Of a DNA stretch of 64,000 bases, positions 31,818-46,907 are shown piece by piece. The DNA is from Eledone cirrhosa. Lineage: Eukaryota. Numbering within the stretch: position 1 is the stretch's first letter; each line of letters opens with the position of its first letter. The notes beneath the pieces were generated by a model. The model made no database searches. It had not been told where the DNA came from and saw only the letters and a list, made by a program, of their open reading frames with translations. The translations under genes were made by a program, and so were the position numbers. The stretch spans positions 44,144,001 to 44,208,000 of the forward strand of contig OZ024751.1 in the NCBI GenBank assembly GCA_964016885.1, read 5' to 3'.

Positions 31818-31921
31818 CTAGAATTTGAACAGAAAAAAGCAGAAAAACATAATGATGGAATAAGATTTACTCCTGTTGTTTCGATTTTTTTTAATGTCAG
31901 TAATTAAACAACACATACTCG

Positions 31922-31995
<74 letters not shown>

Positions 31996-32141
31996 AAAAT
32001 AATAAATGTGAAAACTAAAATTCGAAGAGGGTTCGATAATGATAATATATATATAAATATATATAAAAACCGTAGAGCCGTGTTTCAGAAGATCCTGTTA
32101 AGTGTGAAAGCAGCAATTGTCTGCTTAAACTTTAATCTGTT

Positions 32142-32342
<201 letters not shown>

Positions 32343-32594
32343 AATACAAAAATGCCTTCTACAGGACTAGAACTGTTTCAGAGGGAAGCTTTCCTGATGA
32401 TTTCCTTCGAATAAAATAGTTCTAGTACTGTAGAAGCCATTTCTATATTAGATTTTGTATATACTCTACTAATGCATTGAGTACCTTACTTACTTACTGT
32501 GGGTACCACCGATGTCATTTCTATATTAAAGTTTTACATATACATCTCTCTCTCTCTCTCTCCCTCTATATATTTATATATATATAAATCTATA

Positions 32595-32694
<100 letters not shown>

Positions 32695-33116
32695 CTGTGT
32701 CTGTGTGTGTTGTGTGTGTGTGTGTGTGTTTGTAAACAAATATTACAGATATACACACACTCATATAAAGTGTAAATGCTATTAACGTAAATTCACATAC
32801 TCATTTTTCATACGTAATCACAAACACAAACACATTAGCGCAAACACCCACACCCACCACACACACATACATACACATATAACAATTACCACACGTCATT
32901 CTACGCAAGACACACGTATTCAGACATTTTGTACATTTTACGAAACATGGTGACACACACACAAATACAGGGACAAATACGTATGTAATGAAGCGAGACA
33001 TATAAATAAGGCTAAGTAGAATATCTATTTACAAGATTACTGGGCGTGGCTTAGATGTGAAGCCACACCTTATATATTATATATGTTTGTATGATGTTCT
33101 ATGTATGTATGTATGC

Positions 33117-33189
<73 letters not shown>

Positions 33190-33902
33190 GCTAATTGGGA
33201 GAGGAAACGGTATATATTTTATCTGCCGATTCTATAGACATGTTTTATGATATATAGCTCTGATTATTTAATTTATTAATTCTTCATTGAGCCACAAAGT
33301 GACCCGTTGCAAATCACATATATATCTATGACTTTATATATATATGTAAACCTTTATATGTAATAATCTCCCGTTAGGTTGAGATACAACTTTGGCTGTA
33401 TTGGGCTGCGCTTTCTAGCAAAAAACCTACCAGCCGTAAGCAACTAATCACATCCTTTCTAACTTGACCGCTGCCACGTCACGATTCTTAGCCATTTTTG
33501 AATGTATTCTTGGCGCGATCACTTTGGAAAATTAATTGTCTAAATTTGAGCTAACTCCTGAAGAATCCGAAGCTCTAGATATCCAATGTTATCGGATGTC
33601 TTAAAATGCGGACGAAACCATGGTAGAGGTAATTAAATATGTACTCTTTTCTTCTAGTTTATTTTACACCTAATTCTGTTTAGTTGACTGTATATCTGGT
33701 CGATTTATACATGCTGTCGAAATATTTGATAAATGATCCGTCGTAACCGCCGCGAAGGGGCTGCTTTCGGTTATTTGACGGAGATTTCTTCATAGGAGCC
33801 TTTATTCTTATAGCTTGGTCTAATTGATTTTTTATATGGTTAATTATGGTAATTGGGAGAGGAAACGGTATATTATCTGGTGATTCTATAGACATGTTTT
33901 AT

Positions 33903-33912
<10 letters not shown>
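33190..33912. mobile_element. Direct-repeat-bounded element with HHR 33555-33628 (plus)
   Basis: AATTGGGAGAGGAAACGGTATAT...GATTCTATAGACATGTTTTATGATATA occurs at ~33193 and ~33851. CTC-CTGAAGA-ATCCG...CGGAC-GAAAC-CATG-GTA-GAG. Confidence 0.65.
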
Positions 33913-33944
<32 letters not shown>

Positions 33945-33947
<3 letters not shown>

Positions 33948-34590
33948 CGTTTCTGAATTTGTTTAGCAACATTCTTTATCTGAAAACGTGTGTTGAAACC
34001 GATATTGTTATGCTTTGGGAGGGTCATGTTGCCAATAAAAAACACATGCACCAGTTGCTTTCACTCCAATTTATTATAAATTAAATTTATAAATTTAAGA
34101 ATTTATAAATTTCCGGTTGGTTGGTTGGTTGGTTCTATAACCGGACGGTTGTTCATATATTGTCAAAGTTCTTTCGTCACATATTCTGTGACTTCTTCAG
34201 TGACTGGGGATTCTTTTCTTTGTTTTGTGCCTCTCCTTTGTTCTGTCCTATGCCATCTTGTTTTTGTGTGTGTTGTGTGTTTAGTTTGCGCATGTGTTAC
34301 ATCCGGGTGTCTGTGTGTGTTTTTATTTGTTTATTTATTTGTTTATTTACATTTACTGGTTGGTTGTTTGTTCTATGTGTGTGTGTGTTTTCATTTTGTC
34401 CTTAATTGTAAGTTGTGATGTTGCTATTCCATTCATCTTTTCTATTTATGCCAATAAGAAACACACGCACCCGTTGCTTTCACTCCAATTTATTATAAAT
34501 TAAATTTATAGATTAAATAGAAAACATGAATGGAATAGCAACATCACAACTTACAATTAAGGACAAAATGAAAACACACACACACATAGA
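33945..34590 (-). mobile_element. Family E element, HHR 34162-34204 (minus)
   Basis: Shared with 45681-46146 and 63265-63518. GTCA-CTGAAGA-A-GTCACA(GAATA)TGTGAC-GAAA-GAAC-TT-TGAC; internal direct and inverted duplications. Confidence 0.8.
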
Positions 34591-34602
34591 GTCCAGGGAC
34601 TA

Positions 34603-34658
34603 ACTGCCTGATGAGGTCATAGCCATTCAATGGCTATCATCGAAATATATATAACAGT
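34603..34658 (+). ncRNA. Type I hammerhead ribozyme motif
   Basis: ACTGC-CTGATGA-GGTCATAGCCA(TTCAA)TGGCTATCATC-GAAA-TATATA-TA-ACAGT. Confidence 0.7.
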
Positions 34659-35058
34659 AAATAAAGGATTATGAGTTCATGCAATTGACTTATGTTTCGT
34701 CACTATATATATATATATATATATATTGTTGTCATATCTGCAAGCACCAACTAATCTAACCCTCTTCCTACTCAGCCCCCCCCCCCCCAACCCTACATAA
34801 TTAATTATCTAAAAGTAAAAATTATTCAATTATTCCCTTGTTTCTGATTAAATCGGTTTGTTTGTACCCACTGACTGGAGGTAATTGTTGTAATGTTCAA
34901 TATATGATGAAACGAGGGTAGGCTGGGTGTCTAGGAAATCGTAACCCCCGAGGCAAGGATATATACAAGTTCATATCTGGTTATCAGTTCTATGCCAGGC
35001 CTCTAGTGAACGAATGTCTCTTTAGCGCAGTCTATCTGGATGTAATCAGGGACGGCAC

Positions 35059-35217
35059 CTGGCAGTATCGGTAGAGAGTCGGACGCCATGCTTTGCAGCA
35101 TAGAGTTACGGCCCTTGCCATTCTGAGTTCAAATCCCGCCGAGGTTAACTTAGCCTTTCATCCTTACGGGGTCCATAAAATAAAGTACCAGTAATACACT
35201 GGAATAATTGCTGGCCT
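35059..35217 (+). mobile_element. tRNA-derived SINE
   Basis: A/B boxes and core as in the other copies. Confidence 0.85.
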
Positions 35218-35219
35218 AG

Positions 35220-35640
35220 GCTGGAAAGATGGACGTAGTTGATGGCCAGTCAGGAAATCTAGAACTCCACAGTTCCTCGAACTGAAAAGATTAGCGTGGT
35301 TGATGTCCAGCCATGATACAGCCTCTCATGACCACATCGAAGAGATGGACGTAGTTGATGTCCAATCAGGACATCTAGAGTACTACAGCCCCACGTACTT
35401 GACATGGTTAGTGTCCAGTCATAATATCTAGAGTTCTACAACTTTTCTCGACCACATTGGACAGATGGAAGTAGTTGATGTCCAGCTAGTATATATATAC
35501 AGGTCTACAGTCCCTCACGATTACGTTGGAGAGATGGACGTTTTTAATATCCAGGCAGAACATCTACAGGTCACAGCTCTACAGCCTCTCATACTGGAAA
35601 GATTGATGTGGTTGATGTCCAGACTGGACATCAACCACAC
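35220..35640. repeat. Diverged ~58-bp tandem repeat
   Basis: Recurring AGATGGACGTAGTTGATGTCCAG...CATCTA motif, about 7 copies. Confidence 0.7.
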
Positions 35641-35865
35641 CTACAAGACCTCTCTCCCTCACTCTGGAGTGTTTGTAGTTAAATGTTAACTCTTAATACT
35701 TTGAGCTCCTCATATCGAGACTAAAAATATTAATGTAGTTGATACCTGAACTTAATACACGAACTCTCTCTGCTCTACATGTCAATAGCTGCAGGACAAA
35801 CGAGAGTTGGGGAGAGAATGGAGTCTTGTTCAATACATTTAAGGATCAGATATTTGGGATATTTG

Positions 35866-36005
35866 GGTTATGTCCTTGGGCAAGACACTTTACTTCACGT
35901 TGCTCCTTCTACCTGGAGTTGTGACGGATAGATAGTATTAGCAATTGGAAAGACCGACGGAAACATTGTTTCCTCGGTCCGATTTGACGAAAGTCAATCG
36001 ACTGT
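35866..36005 (+). mobile_element. 5'-truncated copy of the CORE-like SINE
   Basis: Near-identical to 45250-45389. Confidence 0.8.
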
Positions 36006-36124
36006 CTATATATGGGTTTATCCGTCTGGAATAGTATGTCTATTTACACAGACAAGAACATTTTCGGAGCGACACTAAAGAACAAGATACAAATATATTT
36101 AATCACACTGATGCAATAGAAGTA

Positions 36125-36188
<64 letters not shown>

Positions 36189-36205
36189 TTTGCTGTTGTT
36201 GCTGT

Positions 36206-36248
<43 letters not shown>

Positions 36249-36258
36249 GCTGCTGCTG

Positions 36259-36354
<96 letters not shown>

Positions 36355-36897
36355 AATTCATTCACTTCTTTGTGGTGTCATAATAAAAAACTTTTCGTCT
36401 CACTCGATCAAACATTAATACAACAATTATTAGATATTATTACATTAGTTGATAGCACTTTAATTCTATACAGAGTTCCACCCACCACCCAAAATAACAA
36501 CAACAACAACAACAACAACAACAAATTAGTCAATATCTATTGTGGCTTTAGAAATATTAAAATATTATTCAAATATCAACAAAATTGTCTGATTCAGTAT
36601 ACGCAATATCAATTAAAATAACTCTTATACATTGACAAAATAGAAATTTTTAATGAGATGCCTATGATTTCCCTGGTATTTTTATGACGCTTTACAACTA
36701 CGGGTAACAATTCTCATTCTGATGATGAAACTGTGAAAGCCTCGAAACTTTAATATATACATGGATTTTGGAACGTTATTATTCCAAACTAAGGATAAAG
36801 GACTATTAAGGAAACAGGTAAAACCCCTAATAAAGAGATCAAACTCGACTACAGTCGTGTTTTCAATATAAAATGTCTAAAGGAAGATGTGTTCCTC

Positions 36898-36928
<31 letters not shown>

Positions 36929-37529
36929 ATATATATATATATTTATTTATATATTTATATACATATATATGTACACAAACTACATAAATACACACACACA
37001 CACATACATATATGTATATATAGGTGCATAGGTGTTATATATATACGTATATATATACGTATATATATATATGAATAAAGTTAGTCCTTCATCAGTGATC
37101 TTCCAACCTTCATTGGTATTTCATCGCTTGAAAGACCATATACCTCCGGTTGGTGCGAGCAACGGCTAAAGAAAGTCGTTGGGACACGTAAATAAGGGGA
37201 ACGAGCGAGACTGTAAACAATCAAAGATGGTAATGCAACGAAAAGCGAGGAAGAGGAAGAAGGAGTCAAGTCCCAGAATTCTATGAATATAAGTTCTGTG
37301 AAATCGTGGGCGAGAGAGAATAAAGACCATCAAACCTAGTCGAAATGTGAGCAAGGAAAGAATTTCGCACAGGTCAAACGGGAGGAAGAAGGGGTCTGGT
37401 CCCTGAATTCGGTGAACATAAGTTCGGTGAAATCGTAGACAAGAGAGAAAAAAAAGGAACAACCAACCTGGTCAAGTGTGCACGAGGAAAGAATTTCGCA
37501 CAGATTTTAGTCTTCAATTTTATTATTAT

Positions 37530-37805
<276 letters not shown>

Positions 37806-37841
37806 GCATATATAAACACATATAACACAATGTGTTTATAT

Positions 37842-37894
<53 letters not shown>

Positions 37895-37895
<1 letters not shown>

Positions 37896-38070
37896 CGAAG
37901 GAAATGTGGTAAGGAACCAGGTGGACCACAACGCACCAAAGTACTCAATACTTAGGGTAGTAGAGTGGGTAATAGGAACGAGTAGGACCCCCACGGCTGA
38001 GCTCAAGCCGTGTCGACGGCTAATTAGCCGTCGAAACGGCTTGAGCTCAGCCGTCGGGGTCCTACTCGTT

Positions 38071-38072
<2 letters not shown>
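37895..38072. mobile_element. Family D element with fold-back centred 38023/38024
   Basis: ...CGACGGCTAA|TTAGCCGTCGAAACGG...; TA-flanked. Confidence 0.8.
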
Positions 38073-38115
<43 letters not shown>

Positions 38116-38429
38116 GTATATATAAACACATATAACACAAACACACGTATGTATATATATATATATGTATACATACACATGGTTGTATGTTTGTATGTAG
38201 ATATGCATGATTGTATGTATGTATATATAAATATATATATATACACATATATATATATACATACATATATATATGTAGGTATGAATGTATTTATGTATAT
38301 ATCTATGCATATATATATATATATGTTTATCTGTATGTTTGCTAGTGTGCCTGTCTGTATGTATATAGCTAATAGAGACTGATAAATGTGATTGAATAAA
38401 TTAGGAGAAAGGGAGAGAAAGAGAGTGTG

Positions 38430-38852
38430 TGTATATGTGTGTGTGGTATGGTGTGTATATGTGTGTGTATGTGTGTGTGGTATGGTGTGTATATGTGTGT
38501 GTGGTGTGGTGTGTATATGTGTGTGTGTGTGGTGTGGTGTGTATATGTGTGTGTGGTGTGGTGTGTATATGTGTGTGTGGTGTGGTGTGTGTATGTGTGT
38601 GTGGTGTGGTGTGTGTATGTGTGTGTGGTGTGGTGTGTGTATGTGTGTGTGGTGTGGTGTGTATATGTGTGTGTGGTGTGTGTATGTGTGTGTGGTGTGG
38701 TGTGTGTATGTGTGTGTGGTGTGGTGTGTATATGTGTGTGTGGTGTGGTGTGTATATGTGTGTGTGGTGTGGTGTGTGTATGTGTGTGTGGTGTGGTGTG
38801 TGTATGTGTGGGTGGTGTGGTGTGTGTATGTGTGTGCGGTGTGGTGTGTGTG
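38430..38852. repeat. ~24-bp GT-rich minisatellite
   Basis: Unit TGTGTGTGGTGTGGTGTGTATATG. Confidence 0.9.
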
Positions 38853-39077
38853 TAGGGTAGGAGGGTATAAAATGTTCAATTTAGTGTGTAATGAGATCTG
38901 AAATGACCACTTAACAATGTAGCTGACAGGGGATGTAGAGGAGGGGGGAGGACAGATTCAGATTTCGTTGTGTGTGCATGTGTGTGTGTGTGTGTGTGTG
39001 TGTGCATGTGTGTGTGGACGTTTGCGCGTGTGATGTATGTCTATGTGTATGTATATATGTTTATATATGTATATGTA

Positions 39078-39146
<69 letters not shown>

Positions 39147-39253
39147 ATATGTATATATATATATAATTGTATATATAATTGTATATATATATGTATATAT
39201 ATATATATATATAATTGGTGTTCGATGCTTAAAGTGTCCGTATGCGGTAGGCC

Positions 39254-39305
<52 letters not shown>

Positions 39306-39334
39306 TCAAATATGAAAATATATGTATATGTATG

Positions 39335-39453
<119 letters not shown>

Positions 39454-39492
39454 TCAAATATGAAAATATATGTATATGTATGTATGTACATA

Positions 39493-39594
<102 letters not shown>

Positions 39595-39758
39595 TATATA
39601 TATATATAGTAGGCGTGGTTAACTTCACCCTTTATGACTGACACATACATACACTTGCAGACACACAGAAGCACACACTCTCATATCTTGTTATTCATAC
39701 ATACACACACTAACACATATATAAAGAGAAGTACACAACTCACGCGGTCTCTTTACTC

Positions 39759-39845
<87 letters not shown>

Positions 39846-40009
39846 CTTTCTCTCTCACACACACATACACAAACACAGATGTTCACACTCATAGATACAC
39901 ACGCACACACACACGAGATTCTTCTGCTAGGTCATTTGACCTGCAAGAAAGAGTAGTCAAACTCCTCTAAATTCAAAAGAACAAATTGGATAGTATACTC
40001 CCAGATACA

Positions 40010-40049
40010 TTACAACCACCACCACCAACATCACCACCGCCCCCACCAT

Positions 40050-40115
<66 letters not shown>

Positions 40116-41060
40116 CAGCATTATCATCATCAACACCACCACCACTACTACTACCACCACCATACATCATCATCATCATCACCACTAGCACCGCCACCGC
40201 CATCATTATCACCACTACCATACATCATCATCATCATTACCACTAGCACCGCCACCGCCATCATCATCACCACTACCAGTACCACCACCACTAGCACCGC
40301 CACTAGCACTACCAACATCATCATTATCATCATCACCACCGCCACCGCCACCATCATCACCACCACCACCACCGTCACCACCACCGTCACCACCACCACC
40401 ACCATCACCACCACTACCACCACCACCACCACTATCACCATCACTACCACCAACATCACCACCACCACTACCACTACCACCACCACCACCACCACCACCG
40501 CCACCACCATCATCACCACCACCGTCACCGTCGCCACCACCACCACCACCACCACCACCACCACCATCACCACTACTACCACCAACCACCACCACCACCA
40601 CCACCGCTACCACTACCACCACCACGGCAACCAACCATCGCCACCACCACCACTACCACCACTAACACCACCGCCACCACCGCCACTACCACCGCCACCA
40701 CCAACACCACCACCACCACCACTACCATCACCACCACTACCACCAACCACCACCACCACCACCACCGCTACCACTACCACCACCACGGCAACCAACCATC
40801 GCCACCACCACCACTACCACCACTAACACCACCGCCACCACCGCCACTACCACCGCCACCACCAACACCACCACCACCACCACCACCATCACCACCACTA
40901 CCACCAACCACCACCACCACCACCACCGCTACCACTACCACCACCACGGCAACCAACCATCGCCACCACCACCACTACCACCACTAACACCACCGCCACC
41001 ACCGCCACTACCACCGCCACCACCAACACCACCACCACCACCACTACCATCATCATCATC
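40010..41060. repeat. (ACC)n-rich low-complexity block with a 161-bp tandem triplication
   Basis: CACGGCAACCAACCATCGCC recurs with a 161-bp period (~40623, 40784, 40945). Confidence 0.85.
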
Positions 41061-41236
41061 AACAACACACTATAATTCTCATTAACTTCACACTTCTAAT
41101 CAACTTATTCGTTATTTATTTTATTTAATTGTGAAAGTAAATGAGATGAGAATTGAATTTCATTGTGTAAAGGATTTATTTTGTGTGGAGAAAGATTAGC
41201 AAGAGTGGGGTGGGGAAGGGGTCGATAAGAGGGGGT

Positions 41237-41294
<58 letters not shown>

Positions 41295-41519
41295 GTGTGT
41301 GTGTGTCTTTATATATAACTGCAAGAACACTCATCTTTAACAGAGACCGAGGACCATTCTGGTTCAAAATCTGTTTGTGTTTGTCTGTATGGGTGCTTGT
41401 TTTCATTCCATGCGTTCATGTATGTATGTGTATGCGTGTGTATGTATACCTGCGTGTGTACTTGTGTACATGTATGTGTGTACTTGTGTGTATATGTGTG
41501 TATGTGTACGCGTATGTGT

Positions 41520-42800
41520 ACGTGCCTGTGTACGTGTGTGTATATGTATTTGTATGTGTACGCGTATATGAACGTGCCTGTGTATGTGTGTGTATATGTA
41601 TTTGTATGTGTACGCGTATATGAACGTGCCTGTGTATGTGTGTGTATATGTATTTGTATGTGTATATGTGTACGCGTATATGAACGTGCCTGTGTACGTG
41701 TGTGTATATGTATTTGTATGTGTACGCGTATATGAACGCGTATGTGTACGTGTGTGTATATGTATTTGTATGTGTACGCGTATATGAACGTGCCTGTGTA
41801 CGTGTGTGTATATGTATTTGTATGTGTACGTGTATATGAACGCGTATGTGTATGTGTGTGTATATGTATTTGTATGTGTACGCGTATATGAACGTGCCTG
41901 TGTACGTGTGTGTATATGTATTTGTATGTGTACGCGTATATGAACGCGTATGTGTACGTGTGTGTATATGTATTTGTATGTGTACGCGTATATGAACGTG
42001 CCTGTGTACGTGTGTGTATATGTATTTGTATGTGTACGCGTATATGAACGCGTATGTGTACGTGTGTGTATATGTATTTGTATGTGTACGCGTATATGAA
42101 CGTGCCTGTGTATGTGTGTGTATATGTATTTGTATGTGTACGCGTATATGAACGCGTATGTGTACGTGTGTGTATATGTATTTGTATGTGTACGCGTATA
42201 TGAACGTGACTGTGTACGTGTGTGTATATGTATTTGTATGTGTACGCGTATATGAACGTGCCTGTGTATGTGTGTGTATATGTATTTGTATGTGTACGCG
42301 TATATGAACGTGCCTGTGTATGTGTGTGTATATGTATTTGTATGTGTACGCGTATATGAACGCGTATGTGTACGTGTGTGTATATGTATTTGTATGTGTA
42401 CGCGTATATGAACGTGCCTGTGTATGTGTGTGTATATGTATTTGTATGTGTATATGTGTACGCGTATATGAACGTGCCTGTGTACGTGTGTGTATATGTA
42501 TTTGTATGTGTACGCGTATATGAACGCGTATGTGTACGTGTGTGTATATGTATTTGTATGTGTACGCGTATATGAACGTGACTGTGTATGTGTGTGTATA
42601 TGTATTTGTATGTGTACGCGTATATGAACGCGTATGTGTACGTGTGTGTATATGTATTTGTATGTGTACGCGTATATGAACGTGACTGTGTACGTGTGTG
42701 TATATGTATTTGTATGTGTACGCGTATATGAACGTGCCTGTGTATGTGTGTGTATATGTATTTGTATGTGTACGTGTATATGAACGTGTATGTATGTGTA
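41520..42800. repeat. 52-bp minisatellite, about 24 copies
   Basis: Unit TGTGTACGCGTATATGAACG(TGCC/CGTA/TGAC)TGTGTAYGTGTGTGTATATGTATTTGTA. Confidence 0.95.
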
Positions 42801-43444
42801 CCTGAGTATATGTATGTGTAAATGTGTAAGCATGCGTGTGTCCTTTCCATATGTTCTTTTAATTTTCTCGCTATTGTCTCCCCATTGTTGACAACCTGTT
42901 GCCAATGACCCTGTCCTGTTTACTCCCGGACACAGACGTGAGCCCTTCAAACCCCCTCTCTTCTGTTCACCTTAATCGTTTGATTAATCAAATATGTCAC
43001 AAACGTTTCTAACTAACGGGGAGGACAATAATTTCTCTGATGGAACAGACACGTGTCTCAACCACAAACACACTCGCTGTCCAACACGGTCATATATCGG
43101 TCAATTGTTTCCCCTTTGTTTCTTTGTTTCGTCCACTGTCGCAGTTGTTGTTTGTATATAAGGGGCCGCACATTCACCTGCTGAAACCCTATGCTATATA
43201 AAATTTGAGGTCCTTCTCTAAAAACATTTTGGTAAAAAAATTTTTTAAATAATTATAGGAGCCAGATCGATACAGATCGAACCTTGAGCTGATCAATAGC
43301 GAAACGCGCGTCACTACTCAACGAACGTAATGAAGGCTTAACAATTTGTTTGAATGTTTAGTTTATGTGTCAATGTTTATATATCTGTGTGGCTGCGTGT
43401 GTATGTATGTGCGTGTGGGTGTGCGTGTGTGTATGTGTGCGTGT

Positions 43445-43526
<82 letters not shown>

Positions 43527-44069
43527 TGCTTGAGAAGAAAGAAAACAGAGAAAGTGTAAAATATTTGCGAAAGTTCAGCATTTGACTGAAGTTATTGTTG
43601 TCTGATTACAAACGTAGAATTCTGTATTTTATAGACTGGCTCTTGTTCTATTGAAATGCAGAGGACACACCTTTCAGCATTTCGAGTTCGATAAAAAAAA
43701 TGTACCAGTGGAATACTGGGGTCGAATCTTGATCTATATATATTTCTCATTTCCCCTCCCTTTCACACTCTCTTCCTATCCTTCCCTGGAAGAAATCTAC
43801 TGGGCTTAAATATAGTTTAAAGTGCCCGACACGCCATATATCATAACGACTCCTACGACACAGTCAGTAGTTACGAGTCCATACATACAAAGAGCGATGT
43901 GAGGGATCATTTAGCTGCTATTTCTAGCAGTTCATATGAGGCAGTCTTTCTTTCTATTTTGGTTTCTCCTCAATCTTCACAATGTGATACAGAATAAAGC
44001 ACAGGGAAGCATGGTTTTAGTTTGCTGGATTAGGATGACCTAGGGCTAAACCACATCAACATTATCAGC

Positions 44070-44103
<34 letters not shown>

Positions 44104-44120
44104 GCAATTTCTATATTAAA

Positions 44121-44151
<31 letters not shown>

Positions 44152-44152
44152 G

Positions 44153-44599
44153 AAAGGACTGAGGCCAGACACCTTTCTCTCTGGCCAACAACTGGTCCGT
44201 TTCTTCCGATATCATTTCGGAAGAAGGATCAGGATGGAGAGAGAGGTGCTGCACCCCAGCCGTTTTTATGAAAGATGGGTGAAAGTGGCGAGAATGGCCC
44301 GTGTGAATGGGCCTTCACTCTACATCAGACTATAGGTGAGGAAGATGAAAGACCAAGGGAGCACCCCTTCTCTGTGCTCCTGAGGAGAAGGGTTGCACAC
44401 TTTTTTTCGGGGGTGTGTGCGAACCCCCCCAAGGCGCCTCCTCTCTATTGAGGACTTTGTTATAAATTTTATTTTTTGTTATATTTTATTTTATTTTTAT
44501 ATATTGTTATTGCCTCCTCCTTATTGAGGACGCCTTGTTTTGTAAACTCCCCCATTGTACTTGTCCCATTTTTGATGCCCTGGTGACAAATAAAAAAAA
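44153..44599 (+). mobile_element. 5'-truncated L1/Tx1-like LINE: ORF2 C-terminus, 3' UTR and poly(A)
   Basis: Open frame KGLRPDTFLSGQQLVRFFRYHFGRRIRMEREVLHPSRFYERWVKVARMARVNGPSLYIRL* (stop 44333-44335; F-x-x-R-W tail typical of L1/Tx1 ORF2), ending AATAAAAAAAA. Confidence 0.65.
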
Positions 44600-44767
44600 C
44601 ATATCTATATTCTCCCTGTCTGACACCTCTCTCTTTTTCTGTTTTCCAGCGATCGTATTTGTAACACAATTTCAATTCCACAATATATTTTGATGACGAC
44701 TTGATCGAATTTCTGTTGAAACAAACACAATCACACACGTATTAATATATATATATATATATGTATG

Positions 44768-44849
<82 letters not shown>

Positions 44850-44858
<9 letters not shown>

Positions 44859-45160
44859 CGTAAAATAAGAAAATTGTAAAATTAACTTACTTACTAAAAA
44901 ATCACTTCCAACTAATTAGTTTCTGGAATGGAGTAAATATATTTTCCGAAGAAACATATAGAAAATCATTCCGTCATCAGGAAAGTCTTTTTCCGTATAG
45001 GTCTCCTATAAATTTTACAATTTTCTTATTTTACGTCTCTCATATTATTGTTCTGCAACCCCATGCATTGAACCACATTGTTAATAAGACAAAACCTATA
45101 TATTTGCTAGCATTGATATGCATCTGTGTGTATATAAATGTTACTAGATATAAATTCCTT
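44850..45160. mobile_element. pLTR-like element with long-helix-II HHR 44905-44985 (minus)
   Basis: CTTTC-CTGATGA-CGGAATG...CATTCCA-GAAAC-TAATTA-GTT-GGAAG. 44850-44883 is inverted at 45011-45044. Confidence 0.75.
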
Positions 45161-45170
45161 ATATATATAT

Positions 45171-45386
45171 GAAGGTGTGTGGCTGAGTGGTTAGAGAATT
45201 GGATTCGCAATCATAAGGTTGTGAGTTCGATTCCTGGACCAGGCGATGCGTTATGTCCTTGGGCAAGACACTTTATTTCACGTTGCTCCTTCTACCTGGA
45301 GTTGCGACCGATAGATAGTATTAGCAATTGGAAAGACCAACGGAAACATTGTTCCCTCGGTCCGATTTGACGAAAGTCGATCGACT

Positions 45387-45389
<3 letters not shown>
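45171..45389 (+). mobile_element. tRNA-derived SINE with CORE-like domain
   Basis: A-box TGGCTGAGTGG, B-box GAGTTCGATTCC, followed by TGTCCTTGGGCAAGACACTT; ends in (TA)n. Confidence 0.85.
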
Positions 45390-45443
<54 letters not shown>

Positions 45444-45478
45444 ATTTGCATTGTCGAGGCTTCCAAACGACTTAAAGA

Positions 45479-45563
<85 letters not shown>

Positions 45564-45680
45564 ATCTATCTCCCTCACTCTCTATATATCTATATTTCTA
45601 TATACATATATATATATATATTATCTATATTATCTATATATACACTATATATATATATATACAAATATATATATATATAT

Positions 45681-46143
45681 ATTTCGTTTCTGAATTTGTT
45701 TAGCAAGATTCTTTATCTGAAAACGTGTGTTGAAACCGATATTGTTATGCTTTGGGAGAGTCATGTTGCCAATAAGAAACACACGCACCAGTTCCTTTAA
45801 CTACAATTTATTATAAATTAAATTTATAAATTTAAGAATTTATAAATTTCCGGTTGGTTGGTTGAAGATGACGTAGGACAGAACAAAGGAGAGGCACAAA
45901 GCAAAGAAAAGAATCCCCAGTCACTGAAGAGGTCACAGAATGTGTGACGAAAGAACTTTGGCAATATATGAAGAACCGTCCGGTTATGGGATCAACCAAC
46001 CAACCGGAAATTTATAATAAATTGAAGTGAAAGGAGCTGGTGCGTGTGTTTCTTATTGGCAACATGACCCTCCCAAACCATAACAATATCGGTTTCAACA
46101 CACGTTTTCAGATAAAGAATCTTACTAAACAAATTCAGAAACG

Positions 46144-46146
<3 letters not shown>
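45681..46146. mobile_element. Family E element with long inverted ends, HHR 45920-45962 (plus)
   Basis: 45682-45865 is inverted at 45993-46146 (with an internal deletion); TA-flanked. Confidence 0.85.
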
Positions 46147-46190
<44 letters not shown>

Positions 46191-46600
46191 AAATAGAAAT
46201 TTCTATAAAAGCTTGTTGCCTGCCACGATGTCAAAGGGTCAGATATTTCATGTCCAGAGGTCTACATAGTAACATTGTATAAATAGCCAGTAGAAATCCA
46301 ACGGTTGTTACAAGAAAATATTGCTGTCAACCCCGCTGTCTCTTTCAACTAACAGAATAACAGTATAACTGAACAACTGAATAGCAGTATAACAGAATAA
46401 ACGATTTTATGATCGTGATAGTCAGGAAAAAGCTTTTGGTTCACAGAGGTGTTGAAAAATCTCTTTAATAAAAATATTCAAGCTATGATCATCACATGTA
46501 TAGACAGGAACTTGTACTAAATGAATATATAAATTCATTAGATAGATAGATTTAGATAGATAGATAGATAAGTTGATAGATAGATAGGTAGATAGATAGG

Positions 46601-46638
<38 letters not shown>

Positions 46639-46648
46639 TAGAGAGAGT

Positions 46649-46721
<73 letters not shown>

Positions 46722-46867
46722 ACTGATAGATAAATAGATAGATAGATAGATAGACAGTTCGTTAGATAGACTTTTTTCTTTTTTTTCCTTTATGGATCAT
46801 TCCAAACGTTTAATTGAGACTTGAGAAAGAGAGAGAGAGCGAGAGAAAGAGAGAGCGAGAGAGAGAG

Positions 46868-46907
<40 letters not shown>

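Noticed and set aside
45171-45245. tRNA gene
   Set aside because: A/B boxes are present, but there is no proper cloverleaf and it continues into a SINE body repeated at 35866; it is a SINE head.
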